Below, one piece after another: positions 1 through 13,300 of a DNA stretch of 64,000 bases. Under the pieces are notes generated by a model. That model worked only from the letters and a program-made list of their open reading frames with translations. It made no database searches and was not told the origin of the DNA. Position 1 is the first letter of the stretch, and the number at the start of each line of letters is the position of its first letter. The DNA comes from Eledone cirrhosa (lineage: Eukaryota), in assembly GCA_964016885.1 (NCBI GenBank), contig OZ024741.1, positions 407,898,001 to 407,962,000 on the forward strand. Reading direction: 5' to 3'. The position numbers were made by a program, and so were the translations under genes.

Positions 1-3000
1 TTATACTGGTGGTGTTGGTGTTGGTGGTAGTGTTGGTACTGGTGGTGTTGGTGGTAGTGTTGTTACTGGTGGTGTTGGTACTGGTGGTGTTGCTGGTAGT
101 GTTGGTACTGGTAGTGTTGGTGGTAATGTTGGTACTGGTGGTGTTGGTGGTAGTGTTGGTACTGGCGGTGTTGCTGGTAGTGTTGTTACAGGTGGTGTTG
201 GTGGTAGTGTTGGTACTGGTGGTGTTGCTGGTAGTGTTGGTACTGGTGGTGTTGGTGGTAGTGTTGTTACTGGTGGTGTTGGTGGTAGTGTTGGTGTTGG
301 TGGTAGTGTTGGTACTGGTGGTGTTGCTGGTAGTGTTGGTACTGGTAGTGTTGGTGGTAGTGTTGGTACTGGTGGTGTTGGTGGTAGTGTTGGTACTGGT
401 GGTGTTGGTGGTAGTGTTGGTACTGGTAGTGTTGGTGGTAGTGTTGGTACTGGTGGTGTTGCTGGTATTGTTGGTACTGGTGGTGTTGGTGGTAGTGTTG
501 GTACTGGTGGTGTTGCTGGTAGTGTTGGTACTGGTAGTGTTGGTGGTAGTGTTGGTACTGGTGGTGTTGGTGGTAGTGTTGGTACTGGTGGTGTTGGTGG
601 TAGTGTTGGTTCTTGTGGTGTTGCTGGTAGTGTTGGTACTGGTAGTGTTGGTGGTAGTGTTGGTACTGGTGGTGTTGGTGGTAGTGTTGGTACTGGTGGT
701 GTTGCTGGTAGTGTTGGTACTGGTAGTGTTGGTGGTAGTGTTGGTACTGGTGGTGTTGCTGGTAGTGTTGGTACTGGTGGTGTTGGTGGTTGTGTTGATA
801 CTGGTGGTGTTGGTGGTAGTGGTGGTGTTGGTACAGGTGGTGTTGGTGGTAGTGTTGGTACTGGTGGTGTTGGTGCTAGTGTTGGTACCAGTGGTGTTGG
901 TGGTAGTGTTGGTACTGGTGGTGTTGGTGGTATTCTTGGTACTGGTAGTATTGGTGGTAGTGTTGGTACTGGTGGTAGTGTTGGTACTGGTGGTGTTGGT
1001 GGTAGTGTTGGTACTGGTAGTGTTGGTGGTAGTGTTGGTACTGGTGGTGTTGGTGGTATTCTTGGTACTGGTAGTATGGGTGGTAGTGTTGGTACTGGTG
1101 GTGTTGTTGGTAGTGTTGGTACTGGTGTTGTTGGTCGTTGTGTTGGTACTGGTGGTGTTGGTGGAAGTTGGTACTGGTGGTGTTGGTGGTAGTGTTGGTA
1201 ATGGTTGTATTGGTGGTAGTTGGTACTGGTGGTGTTGGTACTGGTGGTGTTGGTGGTAGTTGGTACTTCTGGTGTTGGTGGTAGTTGGTACTGGTGGTGT
1301 TTGTGGTAGTGTTGGTAAAGGTGGTGTTGGTGGTATTCTTGGTACTGGTGGTGTTGGTTGTAGTGTTGGTACTGATGCTGTTGGTGGTAGTGTTGTTACA
1401 GGTGGTGTTGTTGGTAGTGTTGGTACTGGTGGTGTTGGTGGTAGTGTTTATACTGCTCGTGTTGGTGATAGTGTTGTTACAGGTGGTGTTGATGGTAGTC
1501 TTGGTACTGGTGGTGTTGGTGGTAGTGTTGGTTCTGGTGGTGTTGGTGGTAGTGTTTATACTGGTAGTGTTGGTGTTGGTGGTAGTATTGGTACTGGTGT
1601 TGTTGGTGTTTGTGTTGTTACAGGTGGTGTTGGTGGTAGTGTTGGTACTGGTGGTGTCGGTGGTAGTGTTTATACTGGTGGTGTCGGTGGTAGTGTTTAT
1701 ACTGGTGGTGTTGGTGGTAGTGTAGGTACTGGTGGTGTTGGTGGTAGTGTTGGTACTGGTGGTGTTGGTGGTAGTGTTGGTTCTGGTGGTGTTGGTGGTA
1801 GTGTTGGTATTGGTGGTGTTGGTGGTAGTGTTGGTACTGGTGGTGTTGGTGGTAGTGTTGGTATTGGTGGTGTTGGTGGTAGTGTTGGTACTGATGGTGT
1901 TGGTGGTAGTGTCGGTACTGATGGTGTTGGTGGTAGTGTTGGTACTGATGGTGTTGGTGGTAGTGTTGGTACTGATGGTGTTGGTGGTAGTGTTGGTACT
2001 GGTGGTGTTGGTGGTAGTGTCGGTACTGGTGGTATTGCTGCTAGTGTTGGTACTGGTGGTGTTGGTGCTAGTGTTGGTACTGGTGGTGTTGGTGGTAGTG
2101 TTGGTACTGGTGGTGTTGGTGGTAGTGTTGGTACTGGTGGTATTGGTGGTAGTGTTGGTACAGGTGGTGTTGGTGTTAGTGTTGGCACTGGTGGTGTTGG
2201 TGGTAGTGTTGGTACTGGTGGTATTGGTGGTAGTGTTGGTACAGGTGGTCTTGGTGGTAGTGTTGGTACTGGTGGTGTTGGTGGTAGTGTTGGTACTGGT
2301 GGTGTTGGTGGTAGTGTTGGTACTGGTACTGGTGGTGTTGGTGGTAGTGTTGGTACTGGTGGTGTTGGTGGTAGTGTTGGTACTGGTACTGGTGGTGTTG
2401 GTGGTAGTGTTGGTACTGGTGGTGTTGGTTTTAGTGTTGGTACTGGTGGTGTTGGTGGTAGTGTTGGTACTGGTGGTGTTGGTGGTAGTTGGAACTGGTG
2501 GTGTTGTTGGTATTGTTGGTACTGGTATTGGTGGTGTTGGTGGTAGGTTGGTACTGGTGGTGTTGGTGGTAGTGTTGGTTCTGGTACTGGTGGTGTTGGT
2601 GGTAGTGTTGTTACTGGTGGTGTTGTTGGTAGTGTTGTTTCTCGTGGTGTTGGTGGTATTCTTGGTACTGGTAGTGTTGGTGGTAATGTTGGTACTGGTG
2701 GTGTTGGTGGTAGTGTTGTTACTGGTGGTGTTGGTGGTAGTGTTGTTACAGGCGGCGTTGGTGGTAGTGTTGGTACTGGTAGTGTTGGTGGTAGTGTTGG
2801 TACTGGTGGTGTTGGTGGTAGTGTTTATACTGGTGGTGTTGGTGGTAGTGTTGGTACTGGTGGTGTTGGTGGTAGTGTTTATACTGGTGGTGGTGGTGGT
2901 AGTGTTGGTACTGGTGGTGTTGATGGTAGTGTTGGTACCGGTGTTGTTGGTGGTAGTGTTGGTTCTGGTGGTGTTGCTGGTAGTGTTGGTACTGGTAGTG

Positions 3001-3909
3001 TTGGTGGTAGTGTTGGTACTGGTGGTGTTGCTGGTAGTGTTGGTACTGGTGGTGTTGGTGGTAGTGGTGGTGTTGGTACAGGTGGTGTTGGTGGTTGTGT
3101 TGATACTGGTGGTATTGGTGGTAGTGGTGGTGTTGGTACAGGTGGTGTTGGTGGTAGTGTTGGTACTGGTGGTGTTGGTGCTAGTGTTGGTACTGGTGGT
3201 GTTGGTGGTAGTGTTGGTACTGGTGGTGTTGGTGGTAGTGTTGGTACTGGTGGTGTTGGTGGTAGTGTTGGTACTGGTAGTGTTGGTGGTAGTGTTGGTA
3301 CTGGTGGTGTTGTTGGTAGTGTTGGTACTTGTGTTGTTGGTCGTTGTGTTGGTGGAAGTTGGTACTGGTGGTGTTGGTGGTAGTGTAGGTACTGGTACAG
3401 GTGGTGTTGGTACTGGTGGTGTTGGTGGTAGTTGGTACTTGTGGTGTTGGTGGTAGTTGGTACTGGTGGTGTTGGTGGTAGTGTTGGTGGTATTCTTGGT
3501 ACTGGTGGTGTTGGTGGTAGTGTTGTTACAGGTGGTGTTGTTGGTAGTGTTGGTACTGGTGGTGTTGGTGGTAGTGTTTATACTGGTGGTGTTTGTGGTA
3601 GTGTTGTTACAGGTGGTGTTGGTGGTAGTGTTGGTTCTGGTGGTGTTGGTGGTAGTGTTTATACTGGTGGTGTTGGTGTTGGTGGTAGAGTTGGTACTGG
3701 TGGTGTTGGTGGTAGTGTTGTTACAGGTGGTGTTGGTGGTAGTGTTGGTATTGGTGGTGTTGGTGGTAGTGTTGGTACTGGTGGTGTTGGTGGTAGTGTC
3801 GGTACTGGTGGTGTTTCTGCTAGTGTTGGTACTGGTGGTGTTGGTGGTAGTGTTGGTACTGGTGGTGTTGGTGGTAGTGTTGGTACTGGCGGTGTTGGTG
3901 GTAGTGTTG

Positions 3910-4145
3910 GTTCTGGTGGTGTTGCTGGTAGTGTTGGTACTGGTAGTGTTGGTGGTAGTGTTGGTACTGGTGGTGTTGGTGGTAGTGTTGGTACTGGTGG
4001 TGTTGCTGGTAGTGTTGGTACTGGTAGTGTTGGTGGTAGTGTTGGTACTGGTGGTGTTGGTGGTAGTGTTGGTACTGGTGGTGTTGCTGGTAGTGTTGGT
4101 ACTGGTAGTGTTGGTGGTAGTGTTGGTACTGGTGGTGTTGCTGGT
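3910..4145 (+). repeat. Local 81-bp (3-monomer) higher-order unit, about 3 copies
   Basis: The variant GTTGCTGGTAGTGTTGGTACTGGTAGT recurs with its GCT at 3924, 4005 and 4086 (period 81). Confidence 0.75.
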
Positions 4146-7100
4146 AGTGGTGGTACTGGTGGTGTTGGTGGTTGTGTTGATACTGGTGGTGTTGGTGGTA
4201 GTGGTGGTGTTGTTACAGGTGGTGTTGGTGGTAGTGTTGGTACTGGTGGTGTTGGTGCTAGTGTTGGTACCGGTGGTGTTGGTGGTAGTGTTGGTACTGG
4301 TGGTGTTGGTGGTATTCTTGGTACTGGTAATGTTGGTGGTAGTGTTGGTACTGGTGGTGTTGGTGGTAGTGTTGGTACTGGTAGTGTTGGTGGTAGTGTT
4401 GGTACTGGTGGTGTTGGTGTTGGTGGTAGTGTTGGTACTGGTGGTGTTGGTGGTAGTGTTGGTACTGGCGGTGTTGGTGGTAGTGTTGGTACTGGTGGTG
4501 TTGGTGGTATTCTTGGTACTGGTGGTGTTGGTGGTAGTGTTGGTACTGGTGGTGTTGTTGGTAGTGTTGGTACTGGTGTTGTTGGTGGTAGTGTTGGTAC
4601 TGGTGTTGTTGTTGGTAGTGTTGGTACTGGTGGTGTTGGTGGTAGTGTTGGTGCTGGTGGTGTTGGTGGTAGTGTTTATACTGGTGGTGTTGGTGGTAGT
4701 GTTGGTACTGGTGGTGTTGTTGGTAGTGTTGGTACTGGTGGTGTTGGTGGTAATGTTGGTACTGGTGGTGTTGGTGGTAGTGTTGGTACTGGTGGTTTGG
4801 CTGGTAGTGTTGGTACTGGTAATGTTGGTGGTAGTGTTGGTACTGGTGGTGTTGGTGGTAGTGTTGGTACTGGTATTGGTGGTGTTGGTGGTAGTGTTGT
4901 TACAGGCGGTGTTGGTGGTAGTGTTGGTACTGGTAGTGTTGGTGGTAGTGTTGGTACTGGTGGTGTTGGTGGTAGTGTTTATACTGGTGGTGTTGGTGGT
5001 AGTGTTGGTACTGGTGGTGTTGTTGGTAGTGTTGGTACTGGTGGTGTTGGTGGTAGTGTTGGTTCTGGTGGTGTTGGTGGTAGTGTTGGTTCTGGTGGGG
5101 TTGGTGGTAGTGTTTATACTGGTGGTGTTGGTGGTAGTGTTGGTACTGGTGGTGTTGGTGGTAGTGTTGTTACAGGTGGTGTTGGTGTTAGTGTTGGTAC
5201 TGGTGGTGTTGGTGCTAGTTTTGGTACTGGTGGTCTTGGTGGCAGTGTTGGTACTGGTGGTGTTGGTGGTAGTGTTAGTACAAGTGGTGTTGGTGGTAGT
5301 GTTGGTACTGGTGGTGTTGGTGGTAGTGATTATACTGGTGGTGTTGGTGGTAGTGTTGTTACAGGTGGTGTTGATGGTAGTGTTTATACTGGTGGTGCTG
5401 GTGGTAGTGTTGGTACTGGTGGTGTTGGTGGTAGTGTTTATACTGGTGGTGTTGGTGGTAGTGTTGGTACTGGTGGTGTTGGTGGTAGTGTTGGTACTGG
5501 TGGTGTTGGTGGTAGTGTTTATACTGGTGGTGTTGGTGGTAGTGTTGGTACTGGTGGTGTTGGTGGTAGTGTTGGTACTGGTGGTGTTGGTTGTAGTGTT
5601 TATACTGGTGGTGTTGGTGTTGGTGGTAGTGTTGGTACAGGTGGTGTTGGTGTTAGTGTCGGTATTGGTGGTGTTGGTGGTAGTGTTGGCACTGGTGGTG
5701 ATGGTGGTAGTGTTTTTTCTGGTGGTGTTGGTGGTAGCATTGGTACTGGTGGTGTTGGTGGTAGTGTTTATACTGGTGGTGTTGGTGGTAGTGTTGGTAT
5801 TGGTGGTGTTGTTGGTAGTGTTGGTACTGGTGGTGTTGGTGGTAGTGTTTATACTGGTGGTGTTGGTGGTAGTGTTGGTACTGGTGGTGTTGGTGGTAGT
5901 GTTGGTACTTGTGGTGATGGTGGTAGTGTTGGACCTGGTGGTGTTGGTGGTAGTGTTTATACTGGTGGTGTTGGTGTTGGTGGTAGTGTTGGTAATGGTG
6001 GTGTTGGTGGTAGTGTTTATACTGGTGGTGCTGGTGGTAGTGTTGGTACTGGTGGTGTTGGTGGTAGAGTTTATACTGGTGGTGGTGGTGGTAGTGTGGG
6101 TACTGGTGGTGCTGGTGGTAGTGTTGGTACTGGTGGTGTTGGTAGTAGTGTTGGATCTGGTGGTGTTGGTGGTAGTGTTGGTACTGGTGGTGTTGGTGGT
6201 AGTGTTGTTACTCGTGGTCTTGGTGCTAGTGTTGGTACTGGTGGTGTTGGTGGTAGTATTGGTGGTTGTGTTGGTACTGGTGGTGTTGGTGGTAGTGTTG
6301 GTACTGGTAGTGTTGGTACTGGTGGTGTTGGTGGTAGTGTTGGTACTGATGGTGTTGGTGGTAGTGTTAGTACTGGTAGTGTTGGTAGTAGTGTTGGTAC
6401 TGATTGTGTTGGTGGTAGTGTTTATACTGGTGGTATTGGTGGTAGTGTTGTTACAGGTGGTGTTGGTGGTAGTGTTGGTACTGGTGGTGTTGGTGGTAGT
6501 GTTTATACTGGTGGTGTTGGTGGTAGTGTTGTTACAGGTGGTGTTGGTGGTAGTGTTGGTGCTGGTGGTGTTGGTGGTAGTGTTTATACTGGTGGTGTTG
6601 GTGGTAGTGTTGTTACAGGTGGTGTTGGTGGTAGTGTTGGTACTGGTGGTGTTGGTGATAGTGTTGGTACTGGTGGTGGTGGTGGTGGTAGTGTTGGTAC
6701 TGGTGGTGTTGGTGGTAGTGTTGGTACTGGTGGTGTTGGTGGTAGTGTTGGTACTGGTGGTGTTGGTGGTAGTGTTGGTACTGGTGGTGTTGGTGGTAGT
6801 GTTGTTACTGATGGTGTTGGTGGTAGTGTTGGTACTGGTAGTGTTGGTGGTAGTGTTGGTACTGGTGGTCTTGGTGGCAGTGTTGGTACTGGTGGTGTTG
6901 GTGGTAGTGTTAGTACAAGTGGTGTTGGTGGTAGTGTTGGTACTGGTGGTGTTGTTGGTAATGTTGGTACTGGTGTTGTTGGAGGTCGTGTTGGTACTGG
7001 TGGTGTTGGTGGAAGTTGGTACTGGTGGTGTTGGTGGTAGTGTAGGTACAGGTACAGGTGGTGTTGGTAATGGTGGTGTTGGTACTGGTGGTGTTGGTGG

Positions 7101-9319
7101 TAGTGTTGGTACTGGTGTTGTTGGTGGTAGTTGGTACTGGTGGTGTTGTTGGTAGTGTTGGTACTGGTGGTGTTGGTGGTAGTGTTGGTACTGGTGGTGT
7201 TGGTGGTAGTATTGGTGCTGGTGGTGTTGGTGGTAGTGTTGGTACTGTTACTGGTGGTGTTGGTGATAGTGTTGGTACTGGTGGTGTTGGTGAAAGTGTT
7301 GGTACTGGTGGTGTTGGTGGTAGTGTTGGTACTGGTAGTGTTTGTGGTATTGTTGGTACTGGTAGTGTTGGTGATAGTGTTGGTACTGGTGGTGTTGGTG
7401 GTAGTGTTGGTACTGGTGGTGTTGGTGGTAGTGTTGGTACTGGTGGTGTTGGTGGTAGTGTTGGTACTGGTGGTGTTGGTGGTACTGTTGGTACTGATGG
7501 TGTTGGTGGTAGTGTTGGTACTGGTGGTGTTGGTGGTAGTGTTGGTACTGATGGTGTTGGTGGTAGTGTTAGTACTGGTAGTGTTGGTAGTAGTGTTGGT
7601 ACTGATTGTGTTGGTGGTAGTGTTTATACTGGTGGTGTTGGTGGTAGTGTTGGTACTGGTGGTGTTGGTTGTAGTGTTTATACTGGTGGTGGTGGTGGTA
7701 GTGTTGGTACTGGTGGTGTTGGTGGTAGTGTTGGTTCTGGTGGTATTGGTGGTAGTGTTGGTACTGGTGGTGTTGGTGGTAGTGTTTATACTGGTGGTGT
7801 TGGTGGTAGTGTTGGTACTAGTGGTGTTGGTGGTAGTGTTTATACTGGTGGTGGTGGTGGTAGTGTTGGTACTGGTGGTGCTGGTGGTAGTGTTGGTTCT
7901 GGTGGTGTTGCTGGTAGTGTTGGTTCTGGTGGAGTTGGTGGTAGTGTTTATACTGGTGGTGTTGGTGGTAGTGTTTATACTGGTGGTGTTGGTGTTGGTG
8001 GTAGTGTTGGTAGTGGTGGTGTTGGTGGTAGTGTTTATACTGGTGGTGTTGGTGTTGGTGCTAGTGTTGGTACTGGAGGTGTTGGTGGTAGTGTTGGTAC
8101 TGGTGGTGTTGGTGGTAGTGTTGGTACAGGTGGTGTTGCTGGTAGTGTTGGTACTGGTAGTGTTGGTGGTAGTGTTGTACTGGTCGTCTTGGTGGTAGTG
8201 TTGGTACTGGTGGTCTTGGTGGTAGTGGTGGTACTGGTGGTGTTGGTGGTAGTGTTGGTACTGGTACTGGTGGTGTTTGTGGTAGTGTTGTTATTGGTGG
8301 TGTTGGTGGTATTCTTGGTACTGGTAGTGTTGGTGGTAGTGTTGGTACTGGTGGTGTTGTTGGTAATGTTGGTACTGGTGTTGTTGGTGGTTGTGTTGGT
8401 ACTGGTGGTGTTGGTGGTAGTGTTGTTACTGGTGGTGTTGGTGGTAGTGTTGGTACTGGTGGTGGTGGTGGTAGTGTTGGTACTGGTGGTGTTGGTGGTA
8501 GTGTTGGTACTGGTGGTGTTGGTGGTAGTGTTGGTACTGGTGGTGTTGGTGGTAGTGTTAGTACTGGTGGTGTTGGTGGTAGTGTTGGTACTGGTGGTGT
8601 TGGTGGTAGTGTTTATACTGGTGGTGTTGGTGGTAATATTTATACTGGTGGTGTTGGTGTTGGTGGTAGTGTTGGTACAGGTGGTGTTGGTGTTAGTGTT
8701 GGTATTGGTGGTGTTGGTGGTAGTGTTGGTACTGGTGGTGTTGGTGGTAGTGTTTATACTGGTGGTGTTGGTGGTATTGTTGGTACTGGTGGTGTTGGTG
8801 GTAGTGTTTATACTGGTGGTGTTGGTGGTAGTGTTTATACTGGTGGTGTTGGTGGTAGTGGTGGTACTGGTGGTGTTGGTGGTAGTGTTTATACTGGTGG
8901 TGTTCGTGGTAGTGTTTATACTGGTGGTGTTGGTGGTAGTGTTGGTACTGGTGGTGTTGGTGGTAGTGTTGTTACTGGTGGTGTTGGTGGTAGTGTTTGT
9001 AAAGGTGGTGTTGGTGGTAATGTTGGTACTGATGATGTTGGTGGTAGAGTTGGTACAGGTGGTGTTGTTGGTAGTGTTGGTACTGTTAATGTTCGTGGTA
9101 GTGTTGGTACTGGTGGTGTTGGTGATAGTTTTGGTACTGGTGGTGTTGGTGGTAGTGTTGGTACTGTTAATGTTCGTGGTAGTGTTAGTACAAGTGGTGT
9201 TGGTGGTAGCGTTGGTACTGGTGGTGTTGGTGGTAGTGTTGGTACTGGTGGTGTTGGTGGTAGTGTTGGTACTGGTGGTGTTGGTGGTAGTGTTGGTACT
9301 GTAGGTGTGGGTGGTAGTG

Positions 9320-12300
9320 TTGGTACTGGTATTGGTGGTGTTGGTGGTAGTGTTGGTACTGGTGGTGTTGGTGGTTGTGTTGGTACTGGTACTGGTGGTG
9401 TTGGTGGTAGTGTTGTTAGTGGTGGTGTTGGTGGTAGTGTTGTTACTGGTGGTGTTAGTGGTAGTGTTGGTATTGGTCGTGTTGGTGGTAGTGTTGGTAC
9501 CGGTGGTGTTGGTGGTAGTGTTATTACTGGTGGTGTTGGTGGTATTGTTGGTATTGGTGGTGTTGGTGGTAGTGTTATTACTGGTGGTGTTGGTGGTAGT
9601 GTTGGTACTGGTGGTGTTGGTGGTAGTCTTGTTACTGGTGGTGTTGGTCGTAGTGTTGCTACTGGTGGTGTTGGTGGTATTGTTGGTATTGGTGGTGTTG
9701 GTGGTAGTGTTGGTACTGGTGGTGTTGTTGGTAGTGTTGGTATTGATGGTGTTGTTGGTAGTATTGTTATTGGTGGAGTTGGTGGTAGTGTTGTTGCTGG
9801 TGGTGTTGGTGGTAGTGTTGTTACTGGTGGTGTTGGTGGTAGTGTTGTTACAGGCGGTGTTGGTGGTAGTTTTGGTACTGGTGGTCTTGGTGGTAGTGTT
9901 GTTACAGGTGGTGTTGGTGGTAGTGTTGGTACTGGTGGTGTTGGTGGTAGTGTTGGTGGTAGTGTTGGTACTGGTGGTGTTGGTGGTAGTGTTTATACTG
10001 GTGGTGTTGGTGTTGGTGGTAGTGTTGGTACTGGTGGTGTTGGTGGTAGTGTTGTTACAGCTGGTTTTGGTGGTAGTGTTGGTACTGCCGGTGTTGGTGG
10101 TAGTGTTGGTACAGGTGGTGTTGGTGGTAGTGTTGGTACTGGTGGTGTTGGTGGTAGTGTTTATACTGGTGGTGTTAGTGTTGGTGGTAGTGTTGGTACT
10201 GGTGGTGTTGGTGGTAGTGTTGTTACAGGTGGTGTTGTTGGTAGTTTTGGTACTGGTGGTGTTGGTGGTAGTGTTGGTACTGGTGGTGTTGGTGGTAGTG
10301 TTTATACTGGTGGTGTTGGTGGTAGTGTTGTTACAGATGGTGTTGATGGTTGTGTTGGTACTGGTGGTGTTGGTGGTAGTGTTGGTTCTGGTGGTGTTGG
10401 TGGTAGTGTTTATACTGGTGGTCTTGGTGGTAGTGTTGGTACTGGTGGTGTTGGTGGTAGTGTTGGTTCTGGTGGTAGTGTTGGTACTGGTGGTGTTGGT
10501 GGTAGTGTTTATACTGGTGGTGTTGGTGGTAGTGTTGGTACTGGTGGTGGTGGTGGTAGTGTTGGTACTGGTGGTGTTGGTGGTAGTGTTGGTACTGGTG
10601 GTGTTGGTTGTAGTGTTGGTTCTGGTGGTGTTGGTGGTAGTGTTGGTGGTAGTGTTGGTTCTGGTGGTGTTGGTGGTAGCGTTTATACTGGTGGTGTTGG
10701 TGTTGGTGGTAGTGTTTATACTGGTGGTGTTGTTGGTAATGTTGGTACTGGTGTTGTTGGTGGTTGTGTTGGTACTGGTGGTGTTGGTGGTAGTGTTGTT
10801 ACTGGTGGTGTTGGTGGTAGTGTTGGTACTGGTGGTGGTGGTGGTAGTGTTGGTACTGGTGGTGTTGGTGGTAGTGTTGGTACTGGTGGTGTTGGTGCTA
10901 GTGTTGGTACTGGTGGTGTTGGTGGTAGTGTTTATACTGGTGGTGTTGGTGGTAGTATTTATACTGGTGGTGTTGGTGTTGGTGGTAGTGTTGGTACAGG
11001 TAGTGTTGGTGTTAGTGTTGGTATTGATGGTGTTGGTGGTAGTGTTGGTACTGGTGGTGTTGGTGGTAGTGTTTATACTGGTGGTGTTGGTGGTAGTGTT
11101 GGTACTGGTGGTGTTGGTGGTAGTGTTTATACTGGTGGTGTTGGTGGTAGTGTTTATACTGGTGGTGTTGGTGGAAGTGTTGGTACTGGGGGTGTTGGTG
11201 GTAGTGTTTATACTGGTGGTGTTGGTGGTAGTGTTTATACTGGTGGTGTTGGTGGTAGTGTTGGTAATGGTGGTGTTGGTGGTAGTGTTGGTACTGGTGG
11301 TGTTGGTGGTAGTGTTTATACTGGTGGTGTTGGTGTTGGTGGTAGTGTTGGTACTGGTGGTGTTGGTGGTAGTGTTGGTACTGGTGGTGTTGGTGGTAGT
11401 ATTGGTACTGGTGGTGTTGGTGGTAGTGTATATACTGGTGGTGTTGATGGTAGTGTTGGTAATGGTGGTGTTGGTGGTAGTGTTGGTACTGCTGGTGTTG
11501 GTGGTAGTGTTGTTACTGGTGGTGTTGGTGCTAGTGTTGGTACTGGTGGTGTTGGTGGTAGTGTTGGTGGTAGTGTTGGTGGTAGTGTTGGTGGTAGTGT
11601 TGGTACTGGTGGTGTTGGTGGTAGTGTTGGTACTGGAGGTGTTGGTGGTAGTGTTGGTACTGGTGGTGTTGGTGGTAGTGTTGGTACTGGTGGTGTTGGT
11701 GGTAGTGTTAGTACAAGTGGTGCTGGTGGTAGTGTTGGCACTGGTGGTGTTGGTGGTAGTGTTGGTACTGGTGGTGTTGGTGGTAGTGTTTGTACTGGTG
11801 GTGTTGGTGGTAGTGTTGGTGCTGGTGGTGTTGGTGGTATTCTTGGTTCTGGTAGTGTTGGTACTGGTGGTGTTGTTTGTAGTGTTGGTACTGGTGGTTT
11901 TGGTGGTAGTGTTGGTAATGGTACAGGTGGTGTTGGTACTGGTGGTGTTGGTGGTAGTGTTGGTAATGGTACAGGTGGTGTTGGTACAGGTGGTGTTGGT
12001 ATTGGTGGTGATGGTGGTAGTTGGTACTGGTATTGGTGGTGTTGGTGGTAGTGTTGGTACTGGTGGTGTTGGTGGTTGTGTTGGTACTGGTACTGGTGGT
12101 GTTGGTGGTAGTGTTGTTAGTGGTGGTGTTGGTGGTAGTGTTGTTACTGGTGGTGTTAGTGGTAGTGTTGGTGGTAGTGTTGGTACCGGTGGTGTTGGTG
12201 GTAGTGTTAGTACTGGTGGTGTTGGTGGTAGTGTTGGTACTGTTACTGGTGGTGTTGGTGGTATTGTTGGTATTGGTGGTGTTGGTGGTAGTGTTGGTAC

Positions 12301-13300
12301 TGGTGGTGTTGTTGGTAGTGTTGGTATTGATGGTGTTGTTGGTAGTGTTGTTACTGGTGGTGTTGGTGGTAGTGTTGTTGCTGGTGGTGTTGGTGGTAGT
12401 GTTGTTACTGGTGGTGTTGGTGGTAGTGTTGTTACAGGCAGTGTTGGTGGTAGTTTTGGTACTGGTGGTCTTGGTGGTAGTGTTGTTACAGGTGGTGTTG
12501 GTGGTAGTGTTGGTACTGGTGGTGTTTGTGGTAGTGTTGGTACTGGTGGTGTTGGTGGTAGTGTTGTTACAGGTGGTGTTGGTGGTAGTGTTGTTACAGG
12601 TGGTGTTGGTGGTAGTGTTGATAGTGTTGTTACTGGTGGTGTTTGTGGTAGTGTTGGTATTGGTCGTGTTGGTGGTAGTGTTGGTACTGGTGTTGTTGGT
12701 GGTAGTGTTGTTACAGGTGGTGTTGGTGGTAGTGTTGGTACTGGTGGTGTTGGTGGTAGTGTTGGTGGTAGTGTTGGTACTGGTGGTGTTGGTGGTAGTG
12801 TTTATACTGGTGGTGTTGGTGTTGGTGGTAGTGTTGGTACTGGTGGTGTTGGTGGTAGTGTTGTTACAGCTGGTGTTGGTGGTAGTGTTGGTACTGGTGG
12901 TGTTGGTGGTAGTGTTGGTACTGGTGGTGTTGGTGGTAGTGTTGGTACTGGTGGTGTTGGTGGTAGTGTTTATACTGGTGGTGTTGGTGGTAGTGTTTAT
13001 ACTGGTGGTGTTAGTGTTGGTGGTAGTGTTGGTACTGGTGGTGTTGGTGGTAGTGTTTATACTGGTGGTGTTGGTTGTAGTGTTGTTACAGATGGTGTTG
13101 GTGGTAGTGTTGGTACTGGTGGTGTTGGTGGTAGTGTTGGTTCTGGTGGTGTTGGTGGTAGTGTTTATACTGGTGGTGGTGGTGGTAGTGTTGGTACTGG
13201 TGGTGTTGGTGGTAGTGTTGGTACTGGTGGTGTTGGTGGTAGTGTTGGTTCTGGTGGTATTGGTGGTAGTGTTGGTACTGGTGGTGTTGGTGGTAGTGTA
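9320..13300 (+). repeat. Diverged direct duplication (about 9320-10600 copied at about 12020-13300, offset about 2.6-2.8 kb)
   Basis: Rare variants occur in the same order in both copies: GGTACTGGTATT...GGTTGTGTT...GTTGTTAGT (about 9322/12023), ATTGATGGTGTTGTT (about 9742/12326), ACAGCT (about 10057/12866) and ACAGAT (about 10333/13088). Boundaries are approximate. Confidence 0.75.
11554..11601 (+). repeat. Four perfect tandem copies of the 12-bp submonomer GGTGGTAGTGTT
   Basis: Seen directly. It shows the 12-bp half of the monomer can amplify on its own. Confidence 0.9.
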